Below, piece by piece: positions 16,503-23,870 of a stretch of DNA of 25,095 nucleotides. Position numbers and translations under genes: made by a program. Position 1 is the stretch's first letter; each line of letters opens with the position of its first letter. The notes below the pieces were generated by a model, which saw only the letters and a program-made list of their open reading frames with translations, searched no databases and had not been told where the DNA came from. Source of the DNA: Candidatus Doudnabacteria bacterium (lineage in GTDB: Bacteria > Patescibacteriota > Doudnabacteria > UBA920); contig JAEUSE010000001.1 in assembly GCA_016788805.1 (NCBI GenBank), forward strand, positions 1-25,095, given 5' to 3'.

Positions 16503-17063
16503 ATGATTAAGGGTTTTTTCTTTGATTTGGACGGCACTCTAGTAGATACCCATAGGGCTAACTTTGAGGCGTATCGGCAAGCCCTTGAGGATTTTGGTAT
16601 TGAGCTGACGTTTGACGAATTTAAAAAGAGTATTGGGCATCAGGCAAAAACCTTTTTACCTTGGTTTGCACCAAACCTAAGTAGTGATGAGCTAGATGAA
16701 ATTGCAGAGAAAAAGAAACGATACTATAAGGAATATGTACATCTATCGGTCCTGAATACGCAGCTAGTGGAGTTCTTAAAATACCTCAAGCCCCATCATG
16801 CCATAGTACTAGTAACCACGGCAAAGCGGGCAAATGCCGAGACAATGCTTGAACATCATGGGCTAATGGACATGTTTGACCAAATGATTACATTCGAGGA
16901 CGTCACAGACTCTAAACCATCCCCTGAAGCGTACCAGCTTGCATTGGAGCGTACGAAGTTACAGCCCAATGAAGTGATTGCTTTCGAGGACTCTTCAGCT
17001 GGCATCTCGGCTGCAATCGAAGCGGGTATAGCAGTCGTCGAGGTGAAGGATTTCAGGCCATGA
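16503..17063 (+). CDS. HAD-superfamily phosphatase, subfamily IA (beta-phosphoglucomutase-like)
   Basis: Motif I FDLDGTLVDT, motif II VTT, motif III KPSPEAY, motif IV FEDS. Start is ATG 16503 or GTG 16497. Confidence 0.88.
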   Translation: MIKGFFFDLDGTLVDTHRANFEAYRQALEDFGIELTFDEFKKSIGHQAKTFLPWFAPNLSSDELDEIAEKKKRYYKEYVHLSVLNTQLVEFLKYLKPHHAIVLVTTAKRANAETMLEHHGLMDMFDQMITFEDVTDSKPSPEAYQLALERTKLQPNEVIAFEDSSAGISAAIEAGIAVVEVKDFRP

Positions 17064-19180
17064 GTCTCAAAAAAGTACTGATTGTACCGGTCATTATATC
17101 TGCAATACTATTGGCTGTTTTTTCAAAAACCATTCTAGAAAGTCTTGAGGTGTTAACGAAAAACGTAACGATAACTCCATCATTTATTCTAGTGATTCTT
17201 GCCGTAATATGTCTTCAGTTCATCGGACATTGGTTGCGCGCATATAAAACACGCTATATTTTACGACCAGTCAGACATACCACCACCAAATTTCAGTTTC
17301 GAGCGCTTAGTCTGGGATATCTTTTTAATGCCATATTACCCCTTCGGTTAGGCGAGTTTGTCAGGTCCTACGTAATGGCTACGGCAGATAGGATAAGCTG
17401 GGGCTTAACTCTTGCCGTCGTCCTATTTGAGCGTAGCGTAGACGCACTTTTTCTTGGCAGCATAGCGTTAGTATTTGTTGTCTTAGCTTGGGTTGGCTTC
17501 GAGCACATTGCCATAGGACTTGTTGCGCTTTTAGCCTTTGGCTTTATTATTCTGGCGGGTGGTGCTGCACTCATAAATGAGGACAAGCGATTAATCCATG
17601 TAATCTATCGATTTTCATCAATGTTCAATACACACGTTAAGCAGGCAATCCGATTCAAAGCGTGGTCAATCATATACGGGCTGCAGCAGATTGCTGCAAA
17701 TCTCTCAATTGCAAAGTATCTCTCGCTGTCATTGGCAAGCTGGGTGTTTTATTTTGCATCTGCAGCTCTTCTCTTTACGCAGCTAAACATAACTACCAAT
17801 GGTGCGAAGGATGTAGTAATGCTCAGCGCAGCCCCGTACTATGGGGTCTCGTTGCCGTCTGGGCCGGGAAGCCTCGGTTCATACTCAAGCTCTGCCAATG
17901 ATATTAATGCACAGGTCGGCCTACGGGGTGACGAGCAGCTAATTTTTGACCTAACATCCTGGGCAGTTATAGTACTACCGGTTGCATTAGTTGGCGTTGC
18001 GCTTCTCTTGTCGAAGACAAAAGAACCCTTTGGTCGAAAATTAACGAAGAGCTCATCGCGTCATTCACTAATGGATAAATTGTCACGCGAAGAAGACATC
18101 AGTGATGAAATGGAACTATTCCTAGAAAACTATTTCTCGGGCAATGTTCTTTCTAAAATCGTACACCGCTTGGAGCGAAGCGGTGAGTTTAAGCTCCTTA
18201 AATACTTCAAGGGTGGCTCTGATGCAATCACCATTCTTGCGGCCGAAAAAGATGGAAGGGTTGTCGTTAAGAAAATTATAGCACTTGAATATAAAGACAG
18301 ACTAAAAGCTCAATATGACTGGCTAAACAGCCGCAAACATAAAAACATTGTCAAAGTACTTGGCGAGCAGACGGGGAGCGACTATTACGCAATCGATATT
18401 CACTATGATGAGCAGGATGATATGTTCTTCGATTTTCTTCATAGCCACCCTGTCGAAGATTCGGAAAAAGTACTGAGGACTGTTTGGGATTCTTTGCACG
18501 AAATACTATATAAAAAAACTGAGTACAGAACAGACTATAAAGCGCTTGATACCTATGTCGCCAAGCACATATGGGGCTGCCTTGAAAAGGCATCTGCGGT
18601 CAACACTGATCTAGCCACTGCAGCATCGTGTGACGCGTTAATTATTAATGGAAAACAGTATGACGGCATACACAAAATCATCGATAAAATTAACAAACAC
18701 GAACAAGCACGGATGGATCTTGCAACATATGCTCATGCCAAAGAAGTCGATGGCGACATTGCGCTAGACAACATTCTAGTTTCGAGGAAAAATCAGAAGC
18801 CTGTCATTATCGACCCAGCGCCAGATGGAAATATCATTAATGGACCGGTTTTTGATTTTGGCAAAAACATGCAATCTCTATACTGTGGTTACGAATTTTT
18901 GTTCAGGAGCAACGAAGTTGTTGCATTAGAAGGTGTGAATAAAATAAATTTTCAAGATAGGCGCACTGACCAGTATGTTCGTCTATGTGAGTATGTTCGC
19001 AACACTCTAGCTCCAAAGTATTTGTCTGAGGGCGAGCAAAAGGCGGTTATATTTCATGCTGCAACATTACACATCAGACGGCTGAAACACCAAGTGTATC
19101 AAAATCCATCAATTGCACTAGCTATGTATGCTGCAGGCGTTAAAGCTTTAAATGAATTCTACTGGCAGTATGTAAAATAA
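17060..19180 (+). CDS. Fusion of a UPF0104/LPG_synthase_TM (flippase-like) domain with an APH/choline-kinase-like phosphotransferase domain
   Basis: aa 1-320: about 8 TMs with GYLFNAILPLRLGEFVR, ERSVD and LPSGPGSLG. aa ~375-706: KGGS loop, VVKK, DGDIALDNIL, IIDP and DFGK kinase-like motifs. Confidence 0.72.
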   Translation: MSLKKVLIVPVIISAILLAVFSKTILESLEVLTKNVTITPSFILVILAVICLQFIGHWLRAYKTRYILRPVRHTTTKFQFRALSLGYLFNAILPLRLGEFVRSYVMATADRISWGLTLAVVLFERSVDALFLGSIALVFVVLAWVGFEHIAIGLVALLAFGFIILAGGAALINEDKRLIHVIYRFSSMFNTHVKQAIRFKAWSIIYGLQQIAANLSIAKYLSLSLASWVFYFASAALLFTQLNITTNGAKDVVMLSAAPYYGVSLPSGPGSLGSYSSSANDINAQVGLRGDEQLIFDLTSWAVIVLPVALVGVALLLSKTKEPFGRKLTKSSSRHSLMDKLSREEDISDEMELFLENYFSGNVLSKIVHRLERSGEFKLLKYFKGGSDAITILAAEKDGRVVVKKIIALEYKDRLKAQYDWLNSRKHKNIVKVLGEQTGSDYYAIDIHYDEQDDMFFDFLHSHPVEDSEKVLRTVWDSLHEILYKKTEYRTDYKALDTYVAKHIWGCLEKASAVNTDLATAASCDALIINGKQYDGIHKIIDKINKHEQARMDLATYAHAKEVDGDIALDNILVSRKNQKPVIIDPAPDGNIINGPVFDFGKNMQSLYCGYEFLFRSNEVVALEGVNKINFQDRRTDQYVRLCEYVRNTLAPKYLSEGEQKAVIFHAATLHIRRLKHQVYQNPSIALAMYAAGVKALNEFYWQYVK

Positions 19181-19184
19181 TGAG

Positions 19185-19670
19185 TTAAGTGATACGCGAT
19201 TTCTTAAAAACAAAGCGGTCATAAGTGAAATAATTGTAAATTAGAACAAATAGTACCATAAACCCAAATGCGCCCGTATTGGAAACGAAAGCGTAGCTAA
19301 AAGGCAAACCAATTGATTGTGAGGCATTAAATGCAAGCTGGTATATTCCATCAAAATGAATAAATATACTTAACAGCGTGGGCCTGATAATCCACATGCC
19401 GAAACCAGTAAAGACAAAAAACTTGAACATGGTTTTATGGCTCAAGCTGCTTCCGCGCCATGTAATGAGCCCGTGTGTTAGAAAAGCGCAAACCAAGGCA
19501 AATGTACCGGAGGCTATGCCCGCTAAGCCGATCTGACTCGGTTCAGTAAACAATAATTGTGTTAGGAATGTATAGAATAGAAAATCAACGGTAGTATTGA
19601 ATATACCAACCGCAAGAAAAACTACTGCTTTTTTATTGCCTTTTTTCTCGGCGTGGACAAGTTTATTCAT
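19185..19670 (-). CDS. gtrA: GtrA-family small flippase-like membrane protein
   Basis: 161 aa with four hydrophobic segments; FLAVGIFNTTVDF at the N-terminus and a YNY...RFVFK C-terminus typical of GtrA. Confidence 0.8.
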   Translation of the reverse strand: MNKLVHAEKKGNKKAVVFLAVGIFNTTVDFLFYTFLTQLLFTEPSQIGLAGIASGTFALVCAFLTHGLITWRGSSLSHKTMFKFFVFTGFGMWIIRPTLLSIFIHFDGIYQLAFNASQSIGLPFSYAFVSNTGAFGFMVLFVLIYNYFTYDRFVFKKSRIT

Positions 19671-20392
19671 TGTTTGCCTTCTAGATAGTCCTGTAATTCT
19701 TCAGGTGTGCCAAATATGTATTTTTTGTCTATATTTGCTATTTCTATGCGGCCATTTCTTTCGATTAATATGTTAAAAAGATGCGACATGTAGTACTCCT
19801 TTAGGTGAGCAGGCAATGGACTGAGCATAAAAGTTTCGGCTAAGTTCTTAAAAAGCCTTCCGGACGAGAAGTAGTATCCTCCAAGTATGGCGTTATTGGA
19901 TATGGCTATTTTTTCGGCTGTACGTATAACGTTGCCATTGCTGTCTTTTTCTGCATAGCTATAACGGGGGTCATTTGAATGGAAGGTGAGTAGCATGCCA
20001 TCAGGCTTATCTTTCGCTATTGCATTTCGAAAGTATTCCTTAGATTCGAAATAAATGTCGCAGTCGGCAATGCTTATTGCAGTATCATCATCGATGTATT
20101 CCTTGGCGGCAAGGCAGGATTCTACTGCGCCATGAGTATCATGATCCAGTATGCTAATTTTTGCTCCCGGAAGTTGAGCTAATATCTTGGCACTAAGTCC
20201 AAAAGCATCATCTTGGTCCTTTCGAATCACGAAGATATGTTGCACGTTATCTAGTTTACTGAAACTTTCTAGTGCTCGCATAAACATAGGTTTGCCGTCA
20301 ACTTCTATTAGGGGTTTTGGTGTAGTGTAGCCCGCTGCCGTAAAACGACTGCCGAGACCGCCCATGGGCATGAGGACTTGCAGATCTGACAT
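19667..20392 (-). CDS. Sugar/polyol-phosphate nucleotidyltransferase (NTP_transferase family)
   Basis: LMPMGGLGSRF..GY..PKPLIEVDGKPM N-terminal signature, T.GAVES, DCD and FGTPEEL. ATG 20392 overlaps the upstream TAA by one base. Confidence 0.8.
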   Translation of the reverse strand: MSDLQVLMPMGGLGSRFTAAGYTTPKPLIEVDGKPMFMRALESFSKLDNVQHIFVIRKDQDDAFGLSAKILAQLPGAKISILDHDTHGAVESCLAAKEYIDDDTAISIADCDIYFESKEYFRNAIAKDKPDGMLLTFHSNDPRYSYAEKDSNGNVIRTAEKIAISNNAILGGYYFSSGRLFKNLAETFMLSPLPAHLKEYYMSHLFNILIERNGRIEIANIDKKYIFGTPEELQDYLEGKQ

Positions 20393-21168
20393 TACGAGAT
20401 CTCCTTGCACGCATAATCTTCTGTTGATCTAGCCTGTGGATATTTTAAGAGTCCAAGCCTCCATCGCAGCAAATTTACTCCCGCTATTTTAGCGATATTA
20501 AAATTACGTGCGTTCGAGACTTGGTCTTCTTCGCGCCATGTGATTGGGACATAAGCAAATCTGATTTTTCGTTTTATTAAGTCAAGTAAAAGCTCAAAAT
20601 TGAAGGTTAGTTTATCTGCAAATTCGAGGTAGGTTCTTTGCTCCAAATCTTTTAATGCAAAGACATTCAGTCCAGATCCAAGGTCGGTACATTTGCGGCC
20701 CGTGAAGACTGTATAAGCTATATTCAAAAGGCGATTTCCCCATATACGCTTCCAGTCATAGCCTTGCAGATGCGAGCCTTTACTGAAGCGGGAGCCGAGC
20801 ACTGTTTGAGTTTCTGGATGGGCAAGGGCGTAGTCCAGTAGCAAGTTCGCCTCGTCGCTCTTAGCTTGATTATCGCCATGAAGTATAACTACGTGTGTGC
20901 AGCCCATAGCTTGGCCTTTTAGAAAGGCGACTTTGTGCGTTCCTCCCAGACTATAGTTTTTAACGTTTTGATATACATGAAGGTTTTTTAAGCGACCGGA
21001 TTTTTTATACTCTAACGCTGCGTGTACGGTGTTATCGGGGCTGCCATTATCAATAACGGCAATCTCCTCTACCCGATGGGCTAGCGTATCGTCAATCTCA
21101 TCGAGCGTTCGTATGATTTGCTTCTCGCACCTATATGCGGGGATAGCCAAAAGTACTTTCTGTTTCAT
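20392..21168 (-). CDS. Glycosyltransferase family 2, DPM1/GtrB-like polyprenol-phosphate glycosyltransferase
   Basis: IPAY, VIDNGSPD, N.SLGGTHK, HGDNQ (DxD-position variant), VLGSRF, GNRLLN, CTDLGSG and FELL...YVPI motifs. No C-terminal TM helices. Confidence 0.82.
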   Translation of the reverse strand: MKQKVLLAIPAYRCEKQIIRTLDEIDDTLAHRVEEIAVIDNGSPDNTVHAALEYKKSGRLKNLHVYQNVKNYSLGGTHKVAFLKGQAMGCTHVVILHGDNQAKSDEANLLLDYALAHPETQTVLGSRFSKGSHLQGYDWKRIWGNRLLNIAYTVFTGRKCTDLGSGLNVFALKDLEQRTYLEFADKLTFNFELLLDLIKRKIRFAYVPITWREEDQVSNARNFNIAKIAGVNLLRWRLGLLKYPQARSTEDYACKEIS

Positions 21169-21174
21169 ATTGTT

Positions 21175-21183
21175 AGTATAGCA
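21175..21183 (-). promoter_or_regulatory. Putative extended -10 (TGc-TATACT), 6 nt before ATG 21168
   Basis: Lies in a 23-nt intergenic gap: TGC-TATACT-aacaat-ATG. Confidence 0.6.
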
Positions 21184-21191
21184 GCCCTGAG

Positions 21192-21908
21192 TTACTTCAG
21201 TTTATCCAACAGCCACACACGAGGCCCGGGCGGTATTAAGCGCAAAATTGCACCAGCAAACGGGGATGGCTGTCGGGGTGTTTTAGTGCCTTGATCAATA
21301 ACATAATCAACTAAATTTGGCGGTAAGTTCTGTTCGCCAAGCCAACCTTTAGCTGGCCACTCTATTAGTCTTGCGAACTCGGCCAATGCTTCTTCGCGGT
21401 CGGAAGGATTTTTCGGGTCGAAAGGGTAGTCTGTCGGTTTAACATGGACAGTTTGTTCGGCGCCATTTATTTTACGCCCTTCGTGCTGCAGCGTCTCGGA
21501 AAGCCGTCGCGCCGAAGGGGCATGCGCTACGGTTGTCAGACTCGTTGTGGTCACGCCAGCTTCCGTAAGCATCGCAAGCGAAAACCGTGCGTTCTCCCCG
21601 CCGTTTGTAGCTCGCGGTTCGAGCAACACCGTAGGTGTTGTGTAATTGCGGTTGTGTGCATCTTTCTCAAGCTGCACATGTAAATAGTGCGCTTCAGACG
21701 TGAATCCTTGCTTTATTATATCGCCTGAGTCTTTCCCTACGCCCCCGGTAATTACAGCTGTTGTAACAAGACTAGGGATTATTAAGTCTCCCAAGGCGTG
21801 TGCAACAAGCGGATCTGCGCGTCCAAACACGACTGCTGCTTCTGGCTGGCTTGGCAACGAGGGGGCACTTAGAAAGTCATACAGCTCTAAAATTTCAGGG
21901 TTGGCCAT
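21192..21908 (-). CDS. YdcF/DUF218 (SanA/ElyC-like) family protein
   Basis: VVFG, VITGGVG, SEA..L and LLEPRATNGGENARFS motifs. Start moved to 21908 (MANPEILE) because ATG 21914 lies only 1 nt from the -10 box. Confidence 0.75.
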   Translation of the reverse strand: MANPEILELYDFLSAPSLPSQPEAAVVFGRADPLVAHALGDLIIPSLVTTAVITGGVGKDSGDIIKQGFTSEAHYLHVQLEKDAHNRNYTTPTVLLEPRATNGGENARFSLAMLTEAGVTTTSLTTVAHAPSARRLSETLQHEGRKINGAEQTVHVKPTDYPFDPKNPSDREEALAEFARLIEWPAKGWLGEQNLPPNLVDYVIDQGTKTPRQPSPFAGAILRLIPPGPRVWLLDKLK

Positions 21909-21915
21909 AATCATT

Positions 21916-21924
21916 ATTATAACA
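21916..21924 (-). promoter_or_regulatory. Putative extended -10 (TGt-TATAAT), 7 nt before ATG 21908
   Basis: Perfect TGnTATAAT consensus. Confidence 0.6.
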
Positions 21925-21980
21925 TAAAATTATTAAGATATATCTCGTTATTCTTGCGCGGGATGAGAGTGCAAGCTTTG

Positions 21981-21989
21981 TGCTACACT
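21981..21989 (+). promoter_or_regulatory. Putative extended -10 (TGc-TACACT), 7 nt before manC ATG 21997
   Basis: TGC-TACACT-agagtct-ATG with no Shine-Dalgarno. Confidence 0.6.
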
Positions 21990-21996
21990 AGAGTCT

Positions 21997-23070
21997 ATGA
22001 AAATACTCATTGTCGCAGGGGGGCAGGGGACGAAGATGTGGCCATACAGTCGCACTGACAAACCCAAACAATTTCAAAAAATCGTCGGTGAAGAAACTCC
22101 GTACGAAAATAACATTAACACGTTGCTTAAAGAGTTCCCAGCGGAAGACATCTTTGTCTCAACAAAGCGGAAGTTTATCAAATACGTATCGGAACAATCT
22201 CCGCAAATCCCGCTTAAAAACTACATTATAGAGCCAGATATTGCCAAAGATCGTGGTCCGGGTGAGGGTCTGGCATTCCTGCGGTTGAGCATGGTGTGTC
22301 CAGGCGAACCGTTTTTCATGGTGCAGTCCGACTGCTACCGCGAGCCAGCCGAAGAGTTTCTAAAGATGATCCGTCAGGCCGAAAAGTTGGTTAAAAAGCA
22401 CAAGAAGCTGATAACAGGGGGTATAAAAGCAACCGAACCAAGCATCGGAGTCGATTATTTGCAGCTAGGTCAGAACCTCGATGACGACGCTTATGCAATC
22501 GACAAGTTTGTCTTCCGCAAAGACACCATGAAAGAAACGCGTGAGCTTATACAGAGCTTTCATGTCGTGACGCACTGCAACCACATGTGCTGGTACCCAG
22601 AGCTGGCGCTTGAGGCGTATAAGAAATATCGTCCAGATTGGTACGAGAAGCTTATGGCTATTAAAGAAGCTATAGATAACCCTGGCGAGCACGAAGCAGT
22701 AGAGCGTCTATATAGCGAAATGGAAAAAGGCGCTACCGAAGAGGTAACGACCAACGTTATGGATAAAGGTGAAGCTATAGTTATCCTGTTGCCTTTTAAG
22801 TGGACCGATCTTGGCACCTGGAGCTCGGTGTACGATTATTTTTCAACGACGCCAGAGAACTACGAAGATGGCAATGTCGTGTCGGTAGATACGACTGGCT
22901 CACTGATTAAATCCAGCCACAAAGATAAACTGATTGCGGTTGCTGGCGTTGAAGATATGGTAATCGTCGATACTGACGATGTACTGCTAGTCATACCAAA
23001 AGAAAAAATAGACAAGATAAAAAATATTCAGGCCGTTCTGACTGAACGAGAATCAACCGAATATCTCTAA
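21997..23070 (+). CDS. manC: Mannose-1-phosphate guanylyltransferase (monofunctional, no cupin isomerase domain)
   Basis: AGGQGTKMWPYSRTDKPKQF (GGxGxRLWPxSRxxxPKQF variant), IIEP, WTDLGTW and a C-terminal IAVAGVEDMVIVDTDDVLLV segment. Confidence 0.88.
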   Translation: MKILIVAGGQGTKMWPYSRTDKPKQFQKIVGEETPYENNINTLLKEFPAEDIFVSTKRKFIKYVSEQSPQIPLKNYIIEPDIAKDRGPGEGLAFLRLSMVCPGEPFFMVQSDCYREPAEEFLKMIRQAEKLVKKHKKLITGGIKATEPSIGVDYLQLGQNLDDDAYAIDKFVFRKDTMKETRELIQSFHVVTHCNHMCWYPELALEAYKKYRPDWYEKLMAIKEAIDNPGEHEAVERLYSEMEKGATEEVTTNVMDKGEAIVILLPFKWTDLGTWSSVYDYFSTTPENYEDGNVVSVDTTGSLIKSSHKDKLIAVAGVEDMVIVDTDDVLLVIPKEKIDKIKNIQAVLTERESTEYL

Positions 23071-23086
23071 ACGAAAGGATGCATGT

Positions 23087-23866
23087 ATGGCGAAAAAAGT
23101 AATAGCGTTTGATCTTGATGGCACCCTTGCGCCAAGTAAATCTACCCTCCCCGATCGCATGGCGGAAGCCCTGGGCGGTTTGCTTGGTTACTTCCATGTT
23201 TGCGTTATTTCGGGTGGTAAATTTGACCAGTTCAAGCTGCAGCTCATAGATAATCTACACGTTAGCCCAGACAAGCTTGAGAAGCTCCATATAATGCCAA
23301 CTTGCGGTACCAGGTATTACACATATGATGTCGCCAAAGACGATTGGGAGCAGGTGTACGCCGAAGATTTTGGAGAGGACGATAAGCAGCGCATCACCGC
23401 AGCGATTGAAGAGGCGATCGATTACTTCGGCTACCGCCCTAAAAAGCTTTATGGCGAAATGATCGAAGACCGTGGAAGCCAGGTGACGTATTCCGCTCTG
23501 GGCCAAGACGTCGTAGCAGAACTAGGCGATGAAGGTGTGGAGCTTAAAGAAGCATGGGATCCAGATTCGACGAAGAAGCTGAAACTACAGAAGTATTTGG
23601 CGGAGAGGCTTCCTGATTTTGAAGTTCGTGCGGGAGGCGCAACCTCCATAGACGTGACCAAGCCGGGCATAGATAAAGCATACGGCATGGAAAAACTCAT
23701 GGAAATGCTGCAAATAAGCAAAGATGACATCTTATTCCTCGGTGATAAACTGCAAGAAGGAGGCAATGACTACCCAGTAAAAGCTATGGGTATCGACAGT
23801 CTTGAAGTTTCCCGCTGGGAAGACACCTCACTGGTGTTAGAAGGCATCTTGCACATCACTAAGTAG
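23087..23866 (+). CDS. HAD subfamily IIB enzyme resembling eukaryotic-type phosphomannomutase (PMM2/Sec53-like)
   Basis: FDLDGTL, ISGG, IEDRGSQVTYSALG, GGATSIDV, GIDKAY and FLGDKLQEGGNDY parallel the PMM motifs FDVDGTL, IEFRNGMLNVSPIG, GGQISFDV, GWDK and FFGDKT..GGND. It follows manC with an AAGGA Shine-Dalgarno. Confidence 0.78.
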   Translation: MAKKVIAFDLDGTLAPSKSTLPDRMAEALGGLLGYFHVCVISGGKFDQFKLQLIDNLHVSPDKLEKLHIMPTCGTRYYTYDVAKDDWEQVYAEDFGEDDKQRITAAIEEAIDYFGYRPKKLYGEMIEDRGSQVTYSALGQDVVAELGDEGVELKEAWDPDSTKKLKLQKYLAERLPDFEVRAGGATSIDVTKPGIDKAYGMEKLMEMLQISKDDILFLGDKLQEGGNDYPVKAMGIDSLEVSRWEDTSLVLEGILHITK

Positions 23867-23870
23867 ACCC

